From a bacterium (GTDB lineage: Bacteria > Patescibacteriota > Dojkabacteria > B142 > OLB20), in NCBI GenBank assembly GCA_029567095.1, contig JAKQLP010000051.1, positions 1 to 49,470 on the forward strand: 49,470 nt of DNA. Reading direction: 5' to 3'. This document shows, one piece after another, positions 17,659 through 26,411 of this stretch; positions within the stretch are counted from its first letter, which is position 1; each line of letters begins with the position of its first letter. Position numbers and translations under genes: made by a program. The notes under the pieces were generated by a model. That model saw nothing but the letters and a program-made list of their open reading frames with translations. It was not told the DNA's origin and made no database searches.

Positions 17659-19395
17659 TTAAAAGGCTTTTTGGGAGATTTCATCCTTAATTCTGTCGAT
17701 AAATTCTTCAATTCTGATCAACCCCAGTTCCTGACCGGTTCTTTGCCTTAATGATACTGAGTTTGTATTAACCTCTTTTTCTCCTAGGATCAACATGTAT
17801 GGTATATTTTCGTTCTCGGCTCTTCTAATTTTATTCTGCATGGTTTCAGGTTCCAAATTAACGCTAGCTCGCAATCCAACATTTAATAATTGTTTTTGAA
17901 TATTTAAAGCTTGTTCATGGAATTTTTCTGAGATCGCAATAATGACACATTGTACAGGAGCTAGCCATACATCGAATATCCCTTCATTTTTTTCCAGCAT
18001 GATTTTCAGCATAGCTTCGAATGATTCAACAAAATTGAATCGAACAACCACCGGGATTTCCTTAAGATTATCATTATTAATATAGTAAAGCTCTTCTTTG
18101 CTTGCTGAAGTGTTATCGATGCGAATAGTTGAGATCTTTAATAAATTACCAAGCAAGTCTTTAACATAAAAACCAATCTCAGCCCCATTGTTATAGTAAT
18201 CTGACGCCACTATCTTAGCGGCTAGCTTTTGTTTTGCCAAAGTCTTTTCAAGTAATTTCAGCATATTTTTAGGATTATTCTCTTTAGTTGATTTCAATTT
18301 TGGATCGCTTAGCTTTACCAGGATCTGAAAGTCATTTACCCCTATGAATTGAAGCAACTGTCTTGTAAGCCCAAGTAATGTCCCGATCTCTTCTTCTACT
18401 TGATCTGCTCTGCAAAAGATATTTGTTTGTAAGGTCTGACTGTATTCAATATCCATTGGGGCTTCGGCAGGATTCTGCTTATATAGATCAAAATATTCCG
18501 CATACCTTTGAGGCATTTGTCTATAGCTTTTTTTAGTGCTTTTAAAAACAACTGCGTGATGAAAGAAAGAATCATTTCGAAATAAATACTCATTTCTATT
18601 TGTTTTTATCAGGGCCAAATATTGATCTCTGACCTTGGAATCTTCGAAATAATCACGGTATAGAGTGAATTTAGCCAAAGAAGGAGTTGAGAGCTTAATA
18701 ATCCCTAATTTTGATAATTTATCAAATAAAAATTTTTTTAATTCTTCCCTGATAATATCTCCCTTGGGAAGCCAGATCATGAGATTATTTCCAATATCAT
18801 CATCAAATGTTATTAGATTTAAACGTCGTCCGATCTTGCGATAGTCTTTTTGAATTATTTCCTTCTGAGATTCAAGATAGGTCAAAAGATCTTGTTCTTG
18901 ATTAAAGGCAACACCTTCGATCCTTTGTAGCTTCGGTCTGTTCTTTTCACCTAGCCAATGGGATGAAGAAATCCTGGTTAATTTAAAAAACCCTGCCTGT
19001 CCGGTATGTGCAAGATGGGGACCGCGACATAGATCATAAAAATCTCCAGTTTTAAAGAAACTAACTGATTCATCTGGAATTTGCCTGAGTAGTTCAGTCT
19101 TAAATATTTGACCTGACTGCATTAAGGTATCAAAAGCTTGTTCTTTGGGTATTATTATCTGTTTGAATGGCAATTCTTCAGCAATGATCTTCCGCATTTC
19201 CGCTTCAATCTTAGGTAAATCCTTCATAGTCAATTTGATTGGTGCATCAACCTCATAGTAGAAGCCGTTTTCAATGGCAGGTCCAATCCCGATCTTCGTA
19301 TTGGGATAAAGCCTTATAATTGCCATAGCCAATATATGAGCCATGCTATGTCTCATCAATTCCTGAGCTGCTTGTTTTTGAGAAGCGTCGTTCAT
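17659..19395 (-). CDS. Threonyl-tRNA synthetase-like protein: no TGS domain, editing domain apparently intact, class II catalytic site residues substituted
   Basis: The whole length aligns with E. coli ThrRS as I recall it. RHSMAHILAMAI matches the HxxxH motif and DLCRGPH matches the CRGPH motif of the editing site. DYRKIGRRLNL, SYRQMPQRYAEY and WLAPVQCVII match core and anticodon-domain landmarks. The catalytic positions differ; see findings. Confidence 0.75.
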   Translation of the reverse strand: MNDASQKQAAQELMRHSMAHILAMAIIRLYPNTKIGIGPAIENGFYYEVDAPIKLTMKDLPKIEAEMRKIIAEELPFKQIIIPKEQAFDTLMQSGQIFKTELLRQIPDESVSFFKTGDFYDLCRGPHLAHTGQAGFFKLTRISSSHWLGEKNRPKLQRIEGVAFNQEQDLLTYLESQKEIIQKDYRKIGRRLNLITFDDDIGNNLMIWLPKGDIIREELKKFLFDKLSKLGIIKLSTPSLAKFTLYRDYFEDSKVRDQYLALIKTNRNEYLFRNDSFFHHAVVFKSTKKSYRQMPQRYAEYFDLYKQNPAEAPMDIEYSQTLQTNIFCRADQVEEEIGTLLGLTRQLLQFIGVNDFQILVKLSDPKLKSTKENNPKNMLKLLEKTLAKQKLAAKIVASDYYNNGAEIGFYVKDLLGNLLKISTIRIDNTSASKEELYYINNDNLKEIPVVVRFNFVESFEAMLKIMLEKNEGIFDVWLAPVQCVIIAISEKFHEQALNIQKQLLNVGLRASVNLEPETMQNKIRRAENENIPYMLILGEKEVNTNSVSLRQRTGQELGLIRIEEFIDRIKDEISQKAF

Positions 19396-19411
19396 TTGAA
19401 GTTTATTAAAA

Positions 19412-19484
19412 TGGACACTACAGGACTCGAACCTGTGACCATTCGCACGTCAAGCGAATGCTCTACCAACTGAGCTAAGTGTCC
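19412..19484 (-). tRNA. tRNA-Val (anticodon GAC), CCA not encoded
   Basis: Folded by hand. Acceptor GGACACT/AGTGTCC, D arm GCTC-AGTTGGTA-GAGC, anticodon stem TTCGC/GCGAA with loop TT-GAC-GT, T arm ACAGG-TTCGAGT-CCTGT. Confidence 0.9.
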
Positions 19485-19515
19485 AAAATACTAAAAAATT
19501 ATACACTGCACTAAG

Positions 19516-20124
19516 TTATTTGTCATTAGAGGTTATTATCTTGTCGATCAGCCCATATTTCAAAGCTTCTTCAGCGCTCATATGTTTGTCACGATCTGAA
19601 TCTTGGGTGATGCGTTCATAACTTTGACCGGTATTCTTACTTAAAATGTTTGTTAACAGATCTTTTAGACGCAATATTTCTTTAGCCTCGATCTCGATAT
19701 CGCTTGCCTGGCCGGAGATGCCCCCACTTACTAGAGGCTGGTGAATATGGATCATACTATTTGGCAAGGAGAACCTTTTACCTTTAGTTCCGGATGAAAG
19801 AATAACTGTTCCAAATGAAGCTGTTGAGCCAATGGCTACAGTTACTATATCTGGTTTGACAAGCTTCATGGTGTCAATAATGGCTAGGCCTGCATAGATA
19901 TGTCCTCCCGGACTGTTGATATATAGGGTGATATCCTTTTGAGGATCTTCTTTATCAAGGAATAATAATTGGGCGACTACTGCGTTAGCCACCTGGTCAT
20001 CTATAGCAGTACCTAAGAAGATTATCCTTTCTTTCAATAATCTGGAATAAATATCGTAAACCCTCTCCCCTTCTCTACTTTTTTCAATGACCGAGGGAAT
20101 TAAATAGCTCATTGATTTACTCAT
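19516..20124 (-). CDS. clpP: ATP-dependent Clp protease proteolytic subunit
   Basis: [30 protein letters not shown], the catalytic Ser context GSTASFG, and the His context HIHQPL. Confidence 0.9.
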   Translation of the reverse strand: MSKSMSYLIPSVIEKSREGERVYDIYSRLLKERIIFLGTAIDDQVANAVVAQLLFLDKEDPQKDITLYINSPGGHIYAGLAIIDTMKLVKPDIVTVAIGSTASFGTVILSSGTKGKRFSLPNSMIHIHQPLVSGGISGQASDIEIEAKEILRLKDLLTNILSKNTGQSYERITQDSDRDKHMSAEEALKYGLIDKIITSNDK

Positions 20125-20175
20125 AATAATTATTGCTAGATTATATCTTTAAGTGCTAAAAATTGCCATACCAAC

Positions 20176-20203
20176 AAAAATGCCTCCGTTGGGAGACATT
20201 TTT
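20176..20203. terminator. Bidirectional intrinsic-terminator-like hairpin (AAAAATGCCTCC-GTTG-GGAGACATTTTT)
   Basis: 12-bp stem with one G-U pair and a 4-nt loop. A-tract on one side and T-tract on the other, so a U-run follows the stem on either strand. It lies between the mutL stop (20448) and the clpP start (20124). Confidence 0.55.
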
Positions 20204-20255
20204 GCTTGCACTTTTAACTATTTTTACTGCCTTTTGCTTATTTAGTTGTAATATC

Positions 20256-20285
20256 AGTATAGCAATATAGGTATAAAATAGTCAA
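20256..20285 (-). promoter_or_regulatory. Sigma-70-like promoter (TTGACT-18 nt-TATACT) reading toward the hairpin and clpP
   Basis: The hexamers were read on the minus strand, with the -35 at 20285-20280 and the -10 at 20261-20256. AT-rich context means a chance match is possible. Confidence 0.35.
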
Positions 20286-20447
20286 GAAATTTAAACGGGT
20301 CAAAATAATATGTGCTAACAATTTGAACGTAGGCGAAAAGTGCCTCCTACACTGGCATGCCGGATGCGTTATTGTTTCTGTTTCTTCGAGATATACTATC
20401 TTTGCCCTGCTCATTTAAACTCGAGTGGAATGAAATTGAACAAATTA

Positions 20448-22253
20448 TTAAAGAATTCTGCGCATTCTTTTTTCAATTTCTTTTTGATTTATTTCCCAAA
20501 TTATTGGACGCCCATGGGGACAGGAATAGGGTAATTTACAATTAAACATATCTTTAAGTAGTGTTTCTATTTCGATTGGGGCCATCTTTTTCCCTGCTTT
20601 TATACTTGCATGGCAGGCCATTGTAGATATTAATTTGTCACTAGTCCTTCTCCAGCTTGTAGTTTCCTGCTCTTCTCCTGATTTTAGTTCGGCTAGGATC
20701 TCACTAAAGACTTTAAGAGGGTCAGCTTTTGATATTAGTAAGGGAATAGAATTAATAATGCATTTAGAATTATTAATCTCGTATTCGAACCCAATTTTTT
20801 GAAGTATTTCATTTCTTTCTCTTAGAAGAAGAGCCTCAGACTCATTAATGCTTAGCTGTTCCGGTATTAAAAGATCTTGTTTTTGAAGCATCCCCTGCTC
20901 TTCTAGAGCTATTTTCATTTTTTCAAAATTTATTCTCTCATGAGCGGCGTGTTGATCTATCACTAAAAGGCTATCATCATTAACGGTAAGGATGTAGGTA
21001 TCAAATATTTGCATATAGGATTGCATAGCTGAACTGATAGATTGATTAGTATTGCGTATTTCCTGGGGAAAATCTTTAGATATCTTGTTTGTCTCATTTA
21101 AAAGATCCTTAGTGAATTCCAAACTGGAACTGATACTTGGCATTGGTTTTTTAAAGTCCAGGAAGCTTTGAGCTGCCCCGGCTTTTGCTCTAATATCATT
21201 TTTACCGCTGTTTGACGATTTATACCTATCTATTTGAGGCAATCTTTCCTTTAACTGTACCTGTGTGCTTTTTTCGATACTAAATTGCACTGCTTTTTTA
21301 ATTAGCCCGTAGATCTGATTACTATTTTCAAAGCGAACTTCAAGTTTTCGGGGATGGACATTCACATCGAATTCAGCAGTGGGGATGTTTAAATAAATAA
21401 AGAAACTTGGTTGGTCCTGTACCATAAGAGCGGTGGCATATCCTTCTTTTACAGCTTTAAAAAGCAGAGAGTTTTTAATAAATCTATTATTTAAAAAGAA
21501 ATACTGTTTGGGAATTGATCCGAGGGAAGCTCCTGGTTTAAGTAAATATCCATCTAGACCATGCTTTGCATCCTGATAATTTACTGTACTGAAATCATCT
21601 GCCTTAATACTCGGGAAAGCTTGCATTATTCTTTGCTTATGATCGTGAGACTTAGCTAATTCTTGAACCTGCTTTCCATTTTTAATAAGCCTAAAGCGAA
21701 TATCGTGATTAACTAGGGCAATATTCAGGAATGTATCATAGATATAGCGATATTCAGTATTCTCTGATTTTAAGAATTTCCTTCTAGCTGGTACATTACC
21801 AAAAATTCTGCTCGATTTCACTGTTGTTCCCCTATTCCTAGCTGGCCCATCTTTTATTTCCATGTCTCCATGTTTGGAAATAATTGTTAAAGGTGTAGTT
21901 TCTCCGTCGAAAGTATGAATGGAGACATCGCTAATACTAGCAATGCTTGCAAGTGCTTCTCCTCTAAAACCCAATGTGTGGATGTTGTCTAGGTCCTCAA
22001 CTTGAGAAATTTTAGAAGTAGCATGCTGAAGCAGGGCCATTTTGGCATTCTCCTTGCTCATACCTGTCCCGTTGTCACTAACGCTGATGCTGTCTATACC
22101 GCTATTCTCTAATTCAATAGCTATATCTGTAGCGCCAGCGTCAATGGAATTCTCCAATAATTCTTTTAAAATGGAGGCTGGTCTTTCAACAACTTCTCCT
22201 GCTGCTATTTTATTGATCAGATCACTGGGAAGTAATTGTATTTGTTTTTGCAT
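20448..22253 (-). CDS. mutL: DNA mismatch repair protein MutL (endonuclease-type)
   Basis: GHKL ATPase N-terminus (IAAGEVVERPASILKELLENSIDAGA, DNGTGM). The C-terminal domain carries DQHAAHERINFE (the DQHA..E....E endonuclease motif) and CPHGRP. Confidence 0.9.
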   Translation of the reverse strand: MQKQIQLLPSDLINKIAAGEVVERPASILKELLENSIDAGATDIAIELENSGIDSISVSDNGTGMSKENAKMALLQHATSKISQVEDLDNIHTLGFRGEALASIASISDVSIHTFDGETTPLTIISKHGDMEIKDGPARNRGTTVKSSRIFGNVPARRKFLKSENTEYRYIYDTFLNIALVNHDIRFRLIKNGKQVQELAKSHDHKQRIMQAFPSIKADDFSTVNYQDAKHGLDGYLLKPGASLGSIPKQYFFLNNRFIKNSLLFKAVKEGYATALMVQDQPSFFIYLNIPTAEFDVNVHPRKLEVRFENSNQIYGLIKKAVQFSIEKSTQVQLKERLPQIDRYKSSNSGKNDIRAKAGAAQSFLDFKKPMPSISSSLEFTKDLLNETNKISKDFPQEIRNTNQSISSAMQSYMQIFDTYILTVNDDSLLVIDQHAAHERINFEKMKIALEEQGMLQKQDLLIPEQLSINESEALLLRERNEILQKIGFEYEINNSKCIINSIPLLISKADPLKVFSEILAELKSGEEQETTSWRRTSDKLISTMACHASIKAGKKMAPIEIETLLKDMFNCKLPYSCPHGRPIIWEINQKEIEKRMRRIL

Positions 22254-22256
22254 TAT

Positions 22257-22505
22257 TTAATCAGGATATTTTATCCTTTTCTCTTCAACCACCGTTATTA
22301 TATTAAAATTATGCTCTTCAAGTGTGCCTATTACCAGATGGTTAGAAATTTTGAGTTTATAATAATCACTATTATGCATTTTTAAAAGTGAGTGCTTACT
22401 CTGAGTGTCGTGGATTTTCCCTAGTGTAGACACGATTTTTTGTCTAACTCTCCAGTCGATATTAATTAAATCTTCTTTAGCTTTCGTTGTGTATACAATA
22501 CCCAT
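22257..22505 (-). CDS. RelE/ParE-superfamily-like toxin (82 aa)
   Basis: Size, the position directly after a small RHH protein, and the pattern ...KAKEDLINID..VRQKI...L......YYKLKISNHLVIGTLEE.NFNIITVVEEKRIKY resemble RelE/ParE. Canonical RelE catalytic arginines are not obvious. Confidence 0.45.
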   Translation of the reverse strand: MGIVYTTKAKEDLINIDWRVRQKIVSTLGKIHDTQSKHSLLKMHNSDYYKLKISNHLVIGTLEEHNFNIITVVEEKRIKYPD

Positions 22506-22513
22506 ATTATTAA

Positions 22514-22774
22514 TTATTCAGGTTTAAACATCTTTTCTATCTCTTCCTGTTCGTACTTTGGCCCTTCCAAAATGGCCATATCAGCTATATTCGAGTAATA
22601 GCCGTCTTTAACTTTCTCTTCAAGCTCTTGAAGCATGGTCTTGATCTGATTTCTTACTAAAGCTGAGGGAGATATCCCAAGTCTAGTAGCAAAATAAAAA
22701 AGCTGCCTCTTTTCTTCGGGTTGTAATCTAACTGCGATTTGTGTTGTCTTATTATTTTTCATATTGTCAGACAT
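22514..22774 (-). CDS. Ribbon-helix-helix (CopG/MetJ-like) putative antitoxin
   Basis: IAVRLQPEEKRQLFYFATRLGISPSALVRNQI fits the RHH beta-strand plus two helices. The track start at 22804 is TTG. ATG at 22774 (MSDNMKNNK) or at 22762 is more likely. Confidence 0.5.
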   Translation of the reverse strand: MSDNMKNNKTTQIAVRLQPEEKRQLFYFATRLGISPSALVRNQIKTMLQELEEKVKDGYYSNIADMAILEGPKYEQEEIEKMFKPE

Positions 22775-22927
22775 TGTCTCTTGGTGGCAAAAATTGTAAT
22801 ACAACCAGGTAGAATATGCAAATCTATGAAACTATAGGACGGGCATTTTAAACATCAATTTTTACTATAAGACTATTGTATCGGGTGGTAAACAATTAGA
22901 ATGCAATTTAAATCACTTTCTTCATAC

Positions 22928-23995
22928 TTATTGGAATTTCTTTATTCTGTCATTGGGGAAGCCCACAAAGAATATCTCAGTCTTTGGGGTAATATTGATT
23001 GTTTCAGAAGCTTTTTGATGAATTAGTTCTAGAAGTGCCATTACATCTTCTGCTACAGCTCCAGGGAATGTCTCAATGAATGCTGCATGACTATTAGAAA
23101 TCATTGCTTGTCCTTTTTTGGTGCCTTTAAGCTTTAAAATATTATCAATTATATATCCCCAGCTATTACTAGGTATATTTAGATCAGACATTTGTTGCTT
23201 ATCAATGTTTTTAAATGAGCATCCCGCTGAATTATATGGTTGTTTTTTCTTTTTAGCTCTAGCCCAGGCTATAGCAGTTTCTTGAGCTCGTTTGGCATCT
23301 CCTTTGTATAGTTGAAAATATGCTTTCAGGATGAACTTATGATCGGATTGTAATTTAGAATGATCATAGCCAAACCCCATTTCGTCATGGGATAAATACT
23401 TTATATCACCAAATTCGTCAATAATATCTACACCAGTAAGATATTCACTAAAGAAATGACTGCCGCCATGGATGTTATTAAACACCGCACCCCCAATTGT
23501 ACCGGGTATACCTGCAAACCACTGCAGACCAGTAACTTTGTTGGAGATTAAATTGTTGATTGCTAGAGAAAGCAAGGTGCCGCTGTATATTGCTACCTTG
23601 ACCTTAGGTTCCTGAGATTCATCGTAATCTAGGTCCTCAAATGAATAATACTCCTGCTTATTAATTTGACTTAGGCGAACATCTTTTACGTCTTCTTTAG
23701 GCTGAGAATCTATTTGTTCTTCATTGTATATTTCAATGCCACTTATTGAATTCTTAATTATTACCCCTCTAAAGCCCTGGTCTGATATCAAAACATTGCT
23801 ACCACTACCTAATATGTAATAAGGAATATTAAGATCGTTAAGCTTTTTTATTAAATCTTGGATTTGATCAGCAAGTTTAACCTCTAGAAATAGATCTGCT
23901 GCACCACCAACTTTCCAAGTTGTATATTTGGCAAGAGGTTCATTTTCCAGAAAGCTAATATTTAATTGTTTTAAATATTTTTTAAATTCCTCCAT
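22928..23995 (-). CDS. murB: UDP-N-acetylenolpyruvoylglucosamine reductase
   Basis: PLAKYTTWKVGGAADLF, ILGSGSNVLISD and GIPGTIGGAVFNN(I)HGG motifs. Contains an acidic insertion (residues about 90-135). Confidence 0.85.
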   Translation of the reverse strand: MEEFKKYLKQLNISFLENEPLAKYTTWKVGGAADLFLEVKLADQIQDLIKKLNDLNIPYYILGSGSNVLISDQGFRGVIIKNSISGIEIYNEEQIDSQPKEDVKDVRLSQINKQEYYSFEDLDYDESQEPKVKVAIYSGTLLSLAINNLISNKVTGLQWFAGIPGTIGGAVFNNIHGGSHFFSEYLTGVDIIDEFGDIKYLSHDEMGFGYDHSKLQSDHKFILKAYFQLYKGDAKRAQETAIAWARAKKKKQPYNSAGCSFKNIDKQQMSDLNIPSNSWGYIIDNILKLKGTKKGQAMISNSHAAFIETFPGAVAEDVMALLELIHQKASETINITPKTEIFFVGFPNDRIKKFQ

Positions 23996-23996
23996 C

Positions 23997-25895
23997 TTAG
24001 ACTAGTTTGGCTTTAATTCTTCTAATACCACCACCAATATTTTCCTGGGAAACGATTTTGAATTTTTTATTCCCCTTCCCAATAATTGAAGTGTTCTCTA
24101 CATGAGGTCCTCCACAGAATTCTTTACTAATATATTCTCCTTTATCGTTTTTAATAAAATAAACGCTGACAATCTCAGGGTACTTCTGCCCAAATTCCAT
24201 CTCGGCACCCATTTTTTCAGCATCCTCCCTCTTTAACTCTATTCTTTCAACTTTATATCCAGCAGAAATATTTTCATTAACTTTCTTCTCAACAGCTTCA
24301 ATTTGTTCCGGTGTTAATTTTGAGGAATAATTAAAATCGATCCTAAGTCTTTCTCCGGTAATATTACTTCCCCTTTGTTTAATTTCTGGAGATACTATAC
24401 TTTGTAAGGCATTTAGAAGCAGATGGTGAGTTGTATGCAATTTAATTACCTCCTCACTTTGATCAGCTAGTCCTCCTTTGAATTTTTGTTCTGCTCCACT
24501 TCGAGACATAGCTTTATGGGCCTCCTCTTCCTTTTTAAACTCACTAAGTACTCTTTCAGATTCATTTTCGTCTAGTGCAAACTCCTCTATGGTCATCTCT
24601 ATGGGGTAACCATAAGTCTCATAAAAGTAAAATGCCTTTTTACCATCCAGTCTTTCATTTCTGATTTTAAATTTCTCAATTTCCTTCAGGCCATTTGATA
24701 ATGTCTTCCTAAAATTATTCTCCTCTGCTGTTATTAATTCAATAATTTGAGTTCTATTTTGCTCTAGCTGAGGATAGATATCTTTCATGCGCTCAACAAC
24801 TACCACAGCAACTTCAGAAGTAAAATTTTTCTCAATATTTAATTTCTTTCCAAACCTAATCATACGCCTTATGAAGCGGCGAAGAATATATCCTTGATCT
24901 TTATTTGACGGCCTCACGCCATCTGCAAGTATAAAAACGGAAGCACGAGCATGATCAGCAATTACTCGGAAAGCACTCGTATAATCGTTATTCTCACCAT
25001 TATCCTTTTTGTAATTTAAAGAAGTTAATTCTTCAACCTTTTTAATAATAGGTAAGAATAGGTCTGTTTCAAAAATATCTCTTACATTAGCAAGACACAT
25101 TACTGCCCTCTCAAATCCTCCTCCAAAATCAATATTTTTTTGCTTTAAAGGTTGCCAAACTAGATCTTTATCTAGAAAGTATTCCATGAATACATTATTA
25201 CCAATCTCCACGAATCTTCCTGAATCATCATTAATATGGTATTTATCTTGAACTTTTTCTGGTTGCCCCATATCAAAGAAAATCTCAGAACTGGGCCCAC
25301 CTAGCTCCCCTGCTGCCTCTCCCCTTTGCCACCAGTTTTTTGATTTTGGATATGGAAAAATTCTCGCTTTATGATCAATTCCCTGCTCGAGATTAAAAGG
25401 CACATCATATATATCTTCACTAAATTCAGCCTCAATTCCATATTTTTTAAATGTTTTGATCCAGGTCTCGATAGCTAGATTGTCACGGGGAATTACTTCA
25501 TCTCCACCCCATACCGACACATATATTCTTTTTGGATCAAATCCGAAATGTTCGATATATAATTCCATGATCCAGGGTATTTGACTAGTTTTATCAAAAT
25601 CCCCCAAAGACCAATTCCCCATCATCTCAAACATGATTGAGTGTCTATTATCACCTACTTCTAGCACTTCTTCATATTTCGGTCTTAGACAGCGTTGCAG
25701 ATTATATAACCTATTACCCAAAGGATGTGGTTGCCCAGCTAAATAAGGAGCTAAAGGAAACATTCCTGAATTTACAAATAATAAGGTTGAGTCCACATTA
25801 GGAACAAGGGATACATTGGGTACCTCTTTATGGTTTCTGGGGGCGCTTGACCAAAACTCGTGATATTTTTTTCTAATCGTATCAGATAAATACAT
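23997..25895 (-). CDS. alaS: Alanine--tRNA ligase, short form lacking the C-Ala domain
   Basis: DSTLLFVNSGM, QRCLR and HSIMFEMMGNWSLGDF (catalytic core). The editing domain has HTTHHLL and CGGPHV. The track start at 25901 is TTG. ATG at 25895 (MYLSDTIRKKY) is the likely start. Confidence 0.85.
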   Translation of the reverse strand: MYLSDTIRKKYHEFWSSAPRNHKEVPNVSLVPNVDSTLLFVNSGMFPLAPYLAGQPHPLGNRLYNLQRCLRPKYEEVLEVGDNRHSIMFEMMGNWSLGDFDKTSQIPWIMELYIEHFGFDPKRIYVSVWGGDEVIPRDNLAIETWIKTFKKYGIEAEFSEDIYDVPFNLEQGIDHKARIFPYPKSKNWWQRGEAAGELGGPSSEIFFDMGQPEKVQDKYHINDDSGRFVEIGNNVFMEYFLDKDLVWQPLKQKNIDFGGGFERAVMCLANVRDIFETDLFLPIIKKVEELTSLNYKKDNGENNDYTSAFRVIADHARASVFILADGVRPSNKDQGYILRRFIRRMIRFGKKLNIEKNFTSEVAVVVVERMKDIYPQLEQNRTQIIELITAEENNFRKTLSNGLKEIEKFKIRNERLDGKKAFYFYETYGYPIEMTIEEFALDENESERVLSEFKKEEEAHKAMSRSGAEQKFKGGLADQSEEVIKLHTTHHLLLNALQSIVSPEIKQRGSNITGERLRIDFNYSSKLTPEQIEAVEKKVNENISAGYKVERIELKREDAEKMGAEMEFGQKYPEIVSVYFIKNDKGEYISKEFCGGPHVENTSIIGKGNKKFKIVSQENIGGGIRRIKAKLV

Positions 25896-26411
25896 CAGCA
25901 AAATGATAACTATGAAATTATATTATATATATTCAATAAGCGAAACTAAGTTAGAAAGTATAAAACGATTAACTATGGGTTTTATCACTAATGGTGGATG
26001 TTCTTCAATCATTCTTTGAAATTCTAAGATTGATACTATCATTAACATAAATCACCTAAATTAATAATTAAGTATAAGAATAAAAACAATCAGGAATTAA
26101 ATAGCATTCACAACAAGAATTGTGGATGAATTGTGATAAAGTGTCTCCCCTATAGATCGTTTTTGAATCAGTAAGCGTGCATTTAAAATGAGCAGATCTA
26201 TTAATTCTTAGTATCATAATATGAATCCGTTTATTGTAAAGTCGTAGTAAATCACATAGTTGAAGAGGGCCGTAAGTAGCGTCTTTTAATTTGTGTTTTT
26301 TATCTTTGATATCAAAACTTTGATATTCTAATTATTCGGAAATTTTTCGGATTGGTGTGCGAACCTCCTATTACCATTTCTTATCAATGTATTTTAGCGC
26401 GATGTGTATTA

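Noticed and set aside
20125-20330. CIRCE (HrcA) or CtsR operator upstream of clpP
   Set aside because: Only one half-site-like match of each is present: TTAGCACTT without a matching inverted partner, and a single GGTCAAA heptad without its direct repeat.
20340-20545. Plus-strand ORFs 20340-20534 and 20357-20545 in or near the mutL-clpP spacer
   Set aside because: They overlap the mutL 3' end, have Cys/Phe-rich implausible sequence and lack a ribosome-binding context. They are more likely non-coding.
25902-26411. T-box riboswitch leader upstream of alaS
   Set aside because: I found no minus-strand match to the conserved T-box sequence (AANNNGGGUGGNACCGCG) or a specifier-loop architecture. 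The region is too AT-rich and lacks the GGUGG/ACCGCG core.
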